DNA of 64,000 nucleotides from contig DAOUDW010000079.1 in NCBI GenBank assembly GCA_034430895.1, forward strand, positions 9,240-73,239, given 5' to 3'. The translations under genes were made by a program, and so were the position numbers. This stretch comes from Anaerolineales bacterium (lineage in GTDB: Bacteria; Chloroflexota; Anaerolineae; Anaerolineales; E44-bin32). The notes beneath the pieces are model-generated. The model had not been told where the DNA came from and searched no databases. It was given only the letters and a program-made list of their open reading frames with translations. Shown here in pieces: positions 35,817-45,600 of this stretch (the stretch's first letter is position 1; every line of letters begins with the position of its first letter).

Positions 35817-37310
35817 ATGAATCTTTTTCGACAATCCAACATATTTGTCTTGATATTGATTACAGCTTCCCTACTCACCGCCTGCGGCACGGATGAAGCC
35901 ACACTCGAATTCGACGAGGACGCCATCTCCACCAGCGTGGCTGAGACACAGGCGGCCGCGGCGGCCGAAACCGCAGCCGCCGGAGATGTAGAGGATACGG
36001 GCGCGGCGGTCGAAGGCGATCTACAGCCGCTGGATGCGGCCGAATGTGATGCGTTGGCGGATGCGCTGGCCGGGACGCTGGCTGTATCGGTGGCCCAGGC
36101 CAACGTCGCCGTCGATTTCGAGGGGAAGTCAGGCGGGGGTTGCCAGGCCACTGCGGTGGGAACGGGCGTCGATTTCGCAGACATGCCCAGCGTCGAAGCG
36201 GCAATGCGCGGCCTGCTGGAAGTGCGCGGCTGGGCGGAGTATCAAAGCGTTGAGGCCTGCCTGGGAATCGGGGGCTGGGGGCCGGGCGCCGACGTCACCT
36301 GCTACTCCCGCGCGAATAATTACTGCGCAGTGTTCGTGCACATCGATCCGGCCGACCCGGCGCTCTGCTCGAACGACGAACCGATCTCGGTTTGTTTTTC
36401 CGAATTGGATCCCGAGCAGATTGTCTATTCCATCGACCTCACCTGTGCCGAAGATACTACGATCGGTCCCGCGGATGCCGAGGATGAGATCGTCGATCCG
36501 GAGCCGATCGACATTTACTTCGCGCCGGGGAACGACAGCCTGCGTGTGCCTGGCGATGTGCCCGCCGGTGGAATCGACCGGTATGTTCTGACGGCCATGG
36601 AAGGCCAGGAGATGACGGTGAACCTGCTCGATCCAAGTGGGGCACAGATCGCCTATGACACAGCCGTGCTGGTCATCTGGGGCGCTGACGGTACCGTGCT
36701 AATCTCGGACCACGCCGATGCCCTCACCTGGGCTGGGCAACTGCCCTTCACGCAGGAATACACCATCGACGTGAAATCGATCAGCGCGGAGACGGTCTCC
36801 TACATTCTGGAAGTTATCATCCCGCCGCCCGAGGGCGCTGGGGAAGTGTTTCCCAAAGTAGAGCCCTTCCCCTTCGGCGAGATGCAGGCCATCGTGATTA
36901 CCGGCATACCGCCCATGCTGCCGGCGGAATTCCCTGTGGAAGAAGGTCAACTCGCGATCGTGGCGGACCTGCTTACCCTGGGCGATCTCTACGAACTTGG
37001 GTTGGAATATGGAACGGATTGTCATGGGGCGGGTGCCTGCCATTACGGCACTGCGTATGGCAAAAAGGCGGCTTCCACGGTTCCCGTTGGGACGAGCACT
37101 TTTCAATTCGATATCGACGAGGCACAGCCCGTCGAACTTGCCTACGGTCTCACAGGATATTTCATTCAGGGAGAATGCGGCGCCAGTTGCGACGACAGCC
37201 GCGTACGCTGGGTCTACGGAGGATACGAATACATGATGGGGCTCAAAGGGGGGCAGCTCGAAGACGTAGTCGCCCTGGCCAACGCGGCGATCCTGAATTC
37301 GATTCCGTAG
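35817..37310 (+). CDS. Acidic multidomain lipoprotein (8-Cys domain, PPC-like domain, CGASC domain)
   Basis: LLTAC lipobox; IYFAPG...YVLTAMEGQEMTVNL...WAGQLP PPC-like pattern. Confidence 0.75.
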   Translation: MNLFRQSNIFVLILITASLLTACGTDEATLEFDEDAISTSVAETQAAAAAETAAAGDVEDTGAAVEGDLQPLDAAECDALADALAGTLAVSVAQANVAVDFEGKSGGGCQATAVGTGVDFADMPSVEAAMRGLLEVRGWAEYQSVEACLGIGGWGPGADVTCYSRANNYCAVFVHIDPADPALCSNDEPISVCFSELDPEQIVYSIDLTCAEDTTIGPADAEDEIVDPEPIDIYFAPGNDSLRVPGDVPAGGIDRYVLTAMEGQEMTVNLLDPSGAQIAYDTAVLVIWGADGTVLISDHADALTWAGQLPFTQEYTIDVKSISAETVSYILEVIIPPPEGAGEVFPKVEPFPFGEMQAIVITGIPPMLPAEFPVEEGQLAIVADLLTLGDLYELGLEYGTDCHGAGACHYGTAYGKKAASTVPVGTSTFQFDIDEAQPVELAYGLTGYFIQGECGASCDDSRVRWVYGGYEYMMGLKGGQLEDVVALANAAILNSIP

Positions 37311-37329
37311 ACGATTCAGATGTGGATAC

Positions 37330-37360
37330 AGACCCTGAAGGTTGAAACCCCTCAGGGTCT
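37330..37360. repeat. REP-like palindrome / terminator
   Basis: AGACCCTGA...TCAGGGTCT 9-bp arms; related to 38161-38192. Confidence 0.6.
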
Positions 37361-37489
37361 GAATGATTCGACTGGTATTGTCAGAACGGATGGCGAACCG
37401 GACTTCTCTAGTGTTCTCTGGATTTCGTCAGTTTCATTTCCTCATCAAAAATCATTTGTGTTGTATAGAAATGCCGATAGGAGGATGCA

Positions 37490-38128
37490 ATGAAAATAAA
37501 AATTCGAGTAAGACACATATCTGTTCTCTTGTTAATCGCATTTCTACTCGCTGCATGTGATTCGGTTCCGGCAACACCCTCAATGGAAGATGATACCAAT
37601 GCCAGCGACATGGCCGAGACGCCAGTCACCGCTGGAGAGGGAGACAGGGAAATGCCGGCCGATGTATCTGCAGAAGATCTACAGCCTTTCAGTTCTGAAG
37701 AATGCGATGCGTTGGTCGCTGTTGTAAAGGAAGCGTTTTCGCTTTCGGTGGGGCAAGCCTATGCTTCGTACGATTTTGGGGGGGAGCTGGGAAGCGTCTG
37801 TCAGGCGACGATGAATGCAACCGGGCTCGATTTTACTGACACCGCCTGCATCGAAACGACCATGCGTGAGGCGTTGACCGGGGACGGTTGGACTGCAGAT
37901 GGAAATGGCAGCTCCTGTCAGGATATCAAAGGTTTCGGGCAGGGCACGATCAACCTGTGTTTTACCAAGGATACGGCGAGATGCGGGTTCGTCGTGAAAG
38001 TTGAACCGGCGGATGACGCGCTCTGCTCGGACGCCGAATCGCTGGATGCATGCCTCGAAACGCTGACCTTGGAAGAGATTGTCTATCAAGTCGCGTTGAC
38101 TTGCGATCGGAATACAGGCGAATCCTGA
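37490..38128 (+). CDS. Lipoprotein consisting of a stand-alone 8-Cys domain, paralogue of the upstream N-domain
   Basis: LLAAC lipobox; LQP....ECDAL, CQAT, PAD.ALCS, EEIVY...LTC shared with 35817. Confidence 0.75.
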   Translation: MKIKIRVRHISVLLLIAFLLAACDSVPATPSMEDDTNASDMAETPVTAGEGDREMPADVSAEDLQPFSSEECDALVAVVKEAFSLSVGQAYASYDFGGELGSVCQATMNATGLDFTDTACIETTMREALTGDGWTADGNGSSCQDIKGFGQGTINLCFTKDTARCGFVVKVEPADDALCSDAESLDACLETLTLEEIVYQVALTCDRNTGES

Positions 38129-38160
38129 AGCAGATGAGATCGAATATTATCTGCTTGAAG

Positions 38161-38192
38161 GACCTGAAAGGTTTCTAGAAACCTTTCAGGTC
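38161..38192. repeat. Perfect 32-bp palindrome, REP-like / bidirectional terminator
   Basis: GACCTGAAAGGTTTCTAGAAACCTTTCAGGTC equals its own reverse complement. Confidence 0.7.
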
Positions 38193-38223
38193 TTTTTGAT
38201 TCCTCATTGAGGAACGACGAGGA

Positions 38224-40044
38224 TTAATCCTCATCCGGACATGCGCAGTACGGTGACCTGTTAACGCTTTCGACCCAGGTCCCTCCTGCCTCGATGCACA
38301 ACTCCTCGTTGAGATCCGCGCTGCAGGTCAGCTCCGGCTCGGGCTCCGGCAATTCAGGCGGTATGATGACCGACAGGGATTCGGCATCGCCATGGAACTG
38401 TCCTACTGAATCAGAGATCCAGCAGTTGAATTCCCCGATCCACCACCAAGTGTTGTCCTCGTTGCGCCCATCGACGTTGAGCACGGTTCCGGCAGTGAAA
38501 GCCGTCACGTCTTGGTATCGCGTATCGGGACCAAGCCGGCAGAAGCCATTCGTGTCGAGGTGGAAGCTCGGGGGACCTTCCGTCGGAGTCGCAGTCGGCA
38601 GCAGGGGCTGCAGGGGCTGCAGGGTGACGACGGGCGAGATTTCAACCACAGGTGTCAGCACTTCCAGTTCGTACGCGCCCAGATCGCACTCCGCACCTTG
38701 CGGCCGGAAGACGCCGCGCTGATCGATAGGCAGGCTGTCATATGGCGCCGAGCCGTCGATGGCCGGGCTGCCGGTCAGCAGGGCGTGGGTCTGCGTTGGG
38801 CCGCCGTTATCGGCGAGCGGTCCCAGAAAGGGGTTTCCGGTTAGGCTGAAGCCGGTGCAGCTGCTGTCGGAGTCCAGGTTGTTCCCCGTGATATTGAATG
38901 CTGTTGAGGGAGCAGAAAAATCGCAATCGCCTCCGGTGTTCATAGCGATGATCAAGTTATTAAACGCTACGCCGAATCCGCTATTAATATCGACGGCGGG
39001 TCTGTCCCCGGATCCCGAATTGCCCGTGATCGTCGTGAAGCTGATCATCAAACGTCCGACATCATGGATGATTGCAGAGCCTTGGTTTTCTGGCCCTGGG
39101 GCGCTGGTGAGCGAGTTTCCGGATAATGTACAGTTGACCAGCCATAGATCCCCGATATTCTGGATTCCGCCGCCTGAGTTAGCCGTGTTGTTGGCAATCG
39201 TGCTGCCGCGGATGTCCAACGCTGCGTAGTTGATGAACGCGCCGCCGCGCGAGGCCTGGTTGTTGAAGAACGAACTATCGTCGACGTCCATGTGGCCGTT
39301 TTGTCTGTTGCCAATGGCGCCGCCGGTGAAAGCCACGTTTCCGGTGAAGGTGCTGCCCATAATCGTCGCCATCGTGCCTGTATCCTGATGGCTGTTGTTG
39401 ATGGCGCCGCCTCTGCCGGTGGAGGCGATATTGTCGCTGAACTGTGAATTGCTCACCGTAAGATCGCCGCCCTGATTGTAGACGGCGCCTCCACTCTGAT
39501 TGGCGACGTTGTCCGTGAAGGTGCTGCTCGTGATTGTCACCGTGCCGAGAAAATTGCGGATGGCGCCTCCAAGATCGGCCTGGTTGTTTAAGAATGTACT
39601 GCTGGCGACTGTCAATTCACCCTGATTCGAGATCGCGCCGCCGATGATGATTCCCGTATCGTCCGCCGGGCTTGCGGCGCCGTTCGCCAATGTGATGTCC
39701 GAGACGAGAAGTTCGCCCGTCTGAGCGACTTTGAACAGCCGAAACTGGGGCGTTCCTGCGGCGCTAGCGCGTTGGATCGAAGCGCCGTTGCCGATAATGG
39801 CGATCGGCGAAGTGATCACCGGCAAGCCGTTGTTGCCAAGTGTGTCGCTGTTGTCTACGGCTGTGAGCTCGTAGATACAGTCCGCGGCCAGCGCGATATT
39901 GTCCCCGGTTGTCGGTGTTGCGTTGGCGTCGTTGATGGCGTCGATCAATTCGGTCACATCGCAGCCGATGGTCTCGATCACCGGGAATTCGCAAGCGCAT
40001 AAGGCAAGCAGAATACAGATGGTAAATAATAATTTGGTATGCAT
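38224..40044 (-). CDS. Lipoprotein with polymorphic-membrane-protein GGAI beta-helix repeats, choice-of-anchor Q-like domain and SH3-like tail
   Basis: LCAC lipobox, repeated F..N.A..GGAI.N, LGPLADNGGPTQTHALL.GSPAID, DQRG..RPQG..CDLGAYE. Confidence 0.82.
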   Translation of the reverse strand: MHTKLLFTICILLALCACEFPVIETIGCDVTELIDAINDANATPTTGDNIALAADCIYELTAVDNSDTLGNNGLPVITSPIAIIGNGASIQRASAAGTPQFRLFKVAQTGELLVSDITLANGAASPADDTGIIIGGAISNQGELTVASSTFLNNQADLGGAIRNFLGTVTITSSTFTDNVANQSGGAVYNQGGDLTVSNSQFSDNIASTGRGGAINNSHQDTGTMATIMGSTFTGNVAFTGGAIGNRQNGHMDVDDSSFFNNQASRGGAFINYAALDIRGSTIANNTANSGGGIQNIGDLWLVNCTLSGNSLTSAPGPENQGSAIIHDVGRLMISFTTITGNSGSGDRPAVDINSGFGVAFNNLIIAMNTGGDCDFSAPSTAFNITGNNLDSDSSCTGFSLTGNPFLGPLADNGGPTQTHALLTGSPAIDGSAPYDSLPIDQRGVFRPQGAECDLGAYELEVLTPVVEISPVVTLQPLQPLLPTATPTEGPPSFHLDTNGFCRLGPDTRYQDVTAFTAGTVLNVDGRNEDNTWWWIGEFNCWISDSVGQFHGDAESLSVIIPPELPEPEPELTCSADLNEELCIEAGGTWVESVNRSPYCACPDED

Positions 40045-40379
40045 TTTTGATCTCCCTGCTTGTGAGTGTACTACGAAATATTTATCGTGATACGTAGTCT
40101 TGATCCTGCTCCGCTTTCAGATGGGCATTTGGAGGTTTGAATGGTGAAGTGTGTAATCCCCTGGCTCTTCTTCAAGTCAAGAGCGGATCGATCGTATGAG
40201 GTCAGTATTTGCGCCTCTACCCTCTAGAACGGATTCGTTGTGCAGATTGTGACAGAAGGTGAAGATCAAATTGAAGAAGAGGAGATTCGCCAGTTCTAGA
40301 TGGGCTTACAGAAACATTCGACCGACAGTTGATCAGGCCCGTTGGATCGTGAAAGAAATATGTACCGTTCGGATGGTGT

Positions 40380-40976
40380 TTAAAACAGTTTGGGGATCAT
40401 TGCGCCTGAATGACGCATGTATTCCACGTACTGCTCCCCAAATGCGGCGATCAACTTCTTCTCCTCGGCAGGGATCACCAGCAAACGAAAAACGAGCGTC
40501 CCCGCCAGGCAGAAGGCGAGAATGATCCAGTCGCCAAGCATCAGGCTTACCGAGATGAGTATCAGCAGTGATGCGCTGTATAGCGGATGGCGAATCCTCG
40601 CATAAGCGCCGTGCGTGACCAGAGCGTGATCGCCCTTGGTAAGCACCGTCTCAGAAATATTGCGCCCGATGCTGAGAAAAACCCAGCGAATGAAGGGTAC
40701 GTAAAACAGCGCAAGAACTGCGGCGAGGATGCACACTACGATGGGCAGTTCGAATTTAGACCAGGTCAGGGTGCTGGGGAAGAATATGTTCAACATCAAC
40801 ACGGAGAGGAAGGTCAGGCCGAAAGCCATGCGAGCGGCCAGGACGAGCGTGCCTTCTTCCCGCCGAGCAATCACCTCCCCGGTCTCTCGTGCCTGACGCC
40901 GATAGTAAGCCGAGATCGAAAGGGTGAGCATTAAAACGATCAGGACCAGCATTCGAAATACGAGATCTGTGTCCAT
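40380..40976 (-). CDS. Isoprenylcysteine carboxyl methyltransferase (ICMT/Ste14) family membrane protein
   Basis: LVTHGAYARIRHPLY, EEKKL...FGEQY..Y. Confidence 0.85.
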   Translation of the reverse strand: MDTDLVFRMLVLIVLMLTLSISAYYRRQARETGEVIARREEGTLVLAARMAFGLTFLSVLMLNIFFPSTLTWSKFELPIVVCILAAVLALFYVPFIRWVFLSIGRNISETVLTKGDHALVTHGAYARIRHPLYSASLLILISVSLMLGDWIILAFCLAGTLVFRLLVIPAEEKKLIAAFGEQYVEYMRHSGAMIPKLF

Positions 40977-40996
40977 GAGTATGCTCCTGTAGAGGA

Positions 40997-41284
40997 TTAG
41001 TCCCCAGCCAATCGCAGCAACTGCGGCCGGCTGCCGGGGATGCGCTTGATGATGCCCCGCGCTTCGAGATCCAATTTCACTGTAGTCACATACCAGGGTA
41101 TAGAACCATCTAATTTTCCGCGTAGTTTTTGTTTGACCTCTTCGGTAAGGTTTCTAAAAGTGAGTTCTCCGCGTTCGCGAAGAGAAGTGACAATCGCTTC
41201 ATGCGTGAGATCGTACTTCTGCTGGCTGATGTTCACGCCCTGTTTTCCATGTTCGGGGTGCCGGGTCATGATGCGCGCTTCCAT
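40997..41284 (-). CDS. Small winged-helix-like conserved protein (DUF6958-like)
   Basis: HPEHGKQGVNISQQKYD...WYVTTVKLDLEARGII; start moved to ATG 41284 with GGAGG RBS. Confidence 0.7.
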   Translation of the reverse strand: MEARIMTRHPEHGKQGVNISQQKYDLTHEAIVTSLRERGELTFRNLTEEVKQKLRGKLDGSIPWYVTTVKLDLEARGIIKRIPGSRPQLLRLAGD

Positions 41285-41417
41285 TTTTCTACCTCCACAA
41301 TCTTTATCACGAGTGTACCGCGGGAAGAACCCATTCGATGACATGTACAGGGTTTCCCGATCGCCAGGGGCTGGCTGCGGATTTAGGTATTGACAGATTT
41401 TGTGATTTCCCATAAAA

Positions 41418-41449
41418 TTCCAGAGCTGGAGTATTCCAGAGCTGGAGTA
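41418..41449. repeat. Tandem 16-bp direct repeat TTCCAGAGCTGGAGTA x2, each internally palindromic; candidate PadR operator
   Basis: Exact duplication ending 3 nt before the padR ATG and covering its GGAG RBS. Confidence 0.7.
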
Positions 41450-41452
41450 TCT

Positions 41453-42028
41453 ATGACAGAAGAAGCCCTGACCGATGCTGAATTGGTGATTCTCAGCCTG
41501 ATTAGCGAGCAGCCCATGCACGGCTACCAGCTCGAGCAGGAGATCACCCAACGCAACATGCGCACGTGGACCGATCTTTCCACGTCTTCGATCTACTACA
41601 TCTTGCAGCGATTGGAGGAAAAGGGCTTCATCGAACGCAGCCAGGATCAAACGCATACTGCGGGCGTGCCGCGTAAAGTCTATCGCATCACGCCCGCTGG
41701 TAGAAAGCAGTGGCATGGGTCCACGCTGCAGGCGTTAACACAGCCCAAGATCACCTACACCAATTTCCTCATGGGGCTGCACAACCTGTGGGGCATTCCG
41801 GTCGAGGATGCGCTGCAGGCTGTGCGTACGTATCGGGATTGGTTGGCCAGTGATCTTCAACGCCAGCGGGAGGAACTGGAAAAACTTGGCGAGCCCGTTT
41901 TTCCACTCGATGTTCTTTTTCAATACGGTTTTGTGCTGGGGGAAGCCGAACTGACTTTCCTGGCGGACCTGATCACCCGCCTGGAGGAGATGGCCGGCGA
42001 ATCCCAGGATAGAGCGAAAGACGAATGA
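41453..42028 (+). CDS. PadR family transcriptional regulator
   Basis: ILSLISEQPMHGYQL, SIYYILQRLEEKGFI, RKVYRITPAG. Confidence 0.92.
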   Translation: MTEEALTDAELVILSLISEQPMHGYQLEQEITQRNMRTWTDLSTSSIYYILQRLEEKGFIERSQDQTHTAGVPRKVYRITPAGRKQWHGSTLQALTQPKITYTNFLMGLHNLWGIPVEDALQAVRTYRDWLASDLQRQREELEKLGEPVFPLDVLFQYGFVLGEAELTFLADLITRLEEMAGESQDRAKDE

Positions 42029-42531
42029 AAACCCGGGAGATGAATGAAATGGATGAAATAAGAATCGAACTGAAGCCGATCGGCAGGGTGGAAACCGCGG
42101 ATGGCCAGGGGCCTTTCCAACTGCAGATCGAGGAAGCCTATCGCCCTGCACTGCAGGGACTGGGCAGCTGCACGCACGCTATCGTAATCTGGTGGGCCGA
42201 TCAAGTTGATGAGGGGGATCTGGTGGTCGAACTGCCCTACGCCCCGGGCGTGAAAAGCGGTGTGTTCGCCAACCGGTCCGAGGCGCGGCCGAATCCCATC
42301 GCCATCACCACGTGCTTTCTGTTGAATGTAGACGAAGATGCGGGAACGGTTGATCTTGCATGGATCGATGCCTTCGATGGTACACCCCTGTTGGATATCA
42401 AGCCCTACCTGCCCATGTCGGATCGGGCGATGGACGCGCAATACCCCGAGTGGCTGGATGGTTTTCCGGAGTCCATGGAAGACGCCGCCGCGTTCTTCTC
42501 CGATCCCCAGAACGCGGCGAAGTTCTCTTGA
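42025..42531 (+). CDS. TsaA/TrmO-like SAM-binding domain protein (short form)
   Basis: LKPIGRV, GVFANRSEARPNPI, DAFDGTPLLDIKPY. Confidence 0.85.
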   Translation: MKTREMNEMDEIRIELKPIGRVETADGQGPFQLQIEEAYRPALQGLGSCTHAIVIWWADQVDEGDLVVELPYAPGVKSGVFANRSEARPNPIAITTCFLLNVDEDAGTVDLAWIDAFDGTPLLDIKPYLPMSDRAMDAQYPEWLDGFPESMEDAAAFFSDPQNAAKFS

Positions 42532-42628
42532 ATCTGGGAGATGAGTGCATCGAATACAAAGGGACTGCCCTTCATGGGCAGTCCATTGTTGAATCTGAAA
42601 ATTCGCCTGAGAACGTGTACGTTAGTCG

Positions 42629-45600
42629 CTATTCCGGTTCGATCTTTACCTGAATGGCTCGCACGATGAGGCGATAGCGATATGAATCACTGGCTTCATC
42701 GTAGCCCTGGCAAGTGATCAACGTTATCCATGGATACTCCTCATGTTCGAAGACGTTCGTATCGGGCGTGACGTTTCGACAGGAGCGTACCTCATAAATA
42801 TATCGTTGGCCAAAGGCGTGGATGATCACCTGGTCGCCCGAGCGTAACTTGTGCAGGTTGACAAATGGACCAGGAGATCCGTCCGCCAGATAGACGTGGG
42901 CTGTGATGGCTGAATTACCCGACCAGGTGGGAAAGGCGGTGCCCTGAAGGTAACCGGCCTGATCCCACAACCAGGTTACGTCCCAGCCTGTGCCCGATCG
43001 GGGAATGCCGATGATAGTTGTATTCACACCCAGGCTTGGGATTTCCAGCCAGATACCACCGAGAGGCGTATAGACAACTTCTGGCGGTTGTGCAGGCAAT
43101 ACGGTTACTTGCCCGGGTGCAAAGCCAGTTTCGGGTATTTCCTCCACCGGACTCGAGGTCCCGATCGTTACCGAATCGCTGATTCCATAACTGTTGACAC
43201 CGGCAGGCGCAGTGGGATCATACCAACGTTCCGTTGAGTTTGGATTGTATGGTGATCTCTGCACCGGGACTGGCGGCGGTCCAGGAGTGGTAGGATCGAT
43301 CTCCAGACTCGTCCATTCCGCGCTTGAAGAATTGACAACCGGAGGTGGTCCGAGATAGGTCGCCTGGAAGGTTACGCTTGCGGTCTCAGTGAGACGGATC
43401 ACGTCCCAAGTAATCGTGAGTGTATTGGTGGCAGCATCGTAGTAGGGCGGTGGCTCTGGATTGACCGTAGCTGTGCCCCCGATTACCAGGGTAGCCGGAA
43501 GGAAGGTCAAGCCGGTGGGGATCTGATCTCGAACAACCACGTCGAAGGCATCCGCGGTACTGGCGGCATCGTGGGTGAGATCGATCGTGAACGTGACGGA
43601 TTCGCCAATCGAAACCGAAGTCGGTGCGGCGTCTTTATCTATTACCAACTCTGGCTCGATAATCTGTACGGGCGGCGCGTTGGTTGATCTCGTTCCACCT
43701 AGCCAGGTCCAGGTTACGTCGTTGGACAGGCTGTCGCCGTCCTGGTTGGCCAGGATATCCAAAACAATCAGCGTGTATCGAACTCTCACAACCTGGGCTG
43801 ATGCCGATGTACTTGTGATGGTACCGAAATCGAAGGTAATCAGCTCGCCGGAATTTTCGATCAACGGATTGCTCCCGGGAGTTGTTCCGTCCAGCGTACC
43901 ACAGGCAACGACACCTGTTCCGAAGGTGCTGCTGCTGACGTTGGCGGGCATGGTGATGGAGATACAATCCGTGAAGGCGAGACCGGCTTGTGGCGTATCC
44001 ACCAGCTGGACAGCGTCCAAACTCGCTCCGGCGGGGATGGTCATGCCGATTTCGTAGGTGATGATCTCTCCGATGGTTACGTTGGGGTCGGTCGTATGGC
44101 TGGCATCGGTAGAGACAATCGTCTTCGACAGATTTGTGACAAACCCGAAGTCAACCGTAGGGTTGTACGTCGTTCCGGTGACATTCGTGACCACGTTGTT
44201 CGATGCAGCGCCGGAGCTGCCGGGCGTCAGGGTGACGAGATTGCTGGAGATGACACCACTGCCCGTCCCAACGCCGTTGTCGTTATTGTCTATATTGCTA
44301 TTCGGGTTGGCGGTGTCAGCAGGATTGGCGGTATCTACGGTACTGGGAGAACCGGTGGGTAAGACTCTGACAACATAACTCCCTGCGGGGAGCCCGCTGA
44401 AGCGGTATTCCCCACTCCCGTTGGAGAGCATTCCACCCGGGGCATCATCCGCGCTTCCTAAGATTCCGTCCGGGCCGACGTTGAGTTCAGTTGTGCCGTT
44501 GCCGGTAAATAATTGTACAGTCGCGCCTGGCAGCGGTGAGTCGCTGCCGTCGAAAGCACCGCTTTCGTCGAGGTCCTGGAATATCAGGTTGCCCAATTCC
44601 TGGCGGTAGAAACCAAAATCTACCGTGCGATTGCTTTGCTCATCCACTGCTTCGCCTGCTTGGGGATTGGTCGTTGGGTCGATCTCGCCGGTCGGCTCGA
44701 CGCCACTTGGTCCGAGCGTGACGGTCTGCGCCGAAACGTAGTTGACCGTATTCCCTGTGAATTGGGTCACCCCGTTATCGTCGCTGTCTGTGTTGTTATC
44801 CGGATCGGGACCGATGCTGTCCGTGGTTGTTCCACCCGCGGCGATGCTCGTACCGCTGCTCAGGTAACCAGCCAACGGATCGCTCGGGTTCGTATCGCCC
44901 GTCCCAACATCGCGGAAGTTGTCAGCGGGGATGACCACGATATAGTCGTCTGCGCCCAAATCATCGAAGCGGTAGTATCCATTACCAATGGTGTTGAGAA
45001 AACCGATGGATGTGTCACCCGCGTCAAAGACGCCCGGTGTGGTTCCGTCATCCAGATATAGCTCTACACGTACACCACTAATTCCGATCTCACCTACATC
45101 CAGGATGCCGTTGTTGTCCGTGTCGAACCAGACCCGGTTGCCCAGGCTGTATGGGGTTAGGGTCAGCGTGTCTGTCGCCGGCTGGATGTTGGTCACATTC
45201 TGTTCGTTCGTCAGGCTGCCTGGCGGGATTGTATTCGTATAGATGCCAGGATTCGCACCCGTAACAGGAATAGTAAGTTGGCAGTTGTCGAATCCTATCG
45301 GCAGGGAACCACCGGAAAGCTGGATCGTGGTATCGCTTGGGGATGCCGAAAGCGTGCCCCCGCAGCCATTGGTCGGTGCAGGCGCCGCACCACCCGCGAC
45401 CTGCAATCCGGCGGGCAACGTGTCAACCAGGCCTACGTCGGTTATTGCCACAGTAGCAGTGGTGCGAATGGTGATTGTCAGAATGGAATAGCTGCTCAAG
45501 CCTGCGGAAATCGGGTTGGGTGCAAAACTCTTGCTGATGCTGGCGCCTGCCAAGTTGGTCAGTGTGGCGGCAGTGGGGGTCTGATTCTGGGCCCCGTTGA

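Noticed and set aside
40997-41716. 239-aa ORF as listed in the track
   Set aside because: Its first 144 codons are mostly antisense to padR and its operator; the credible gene starts at 41284.
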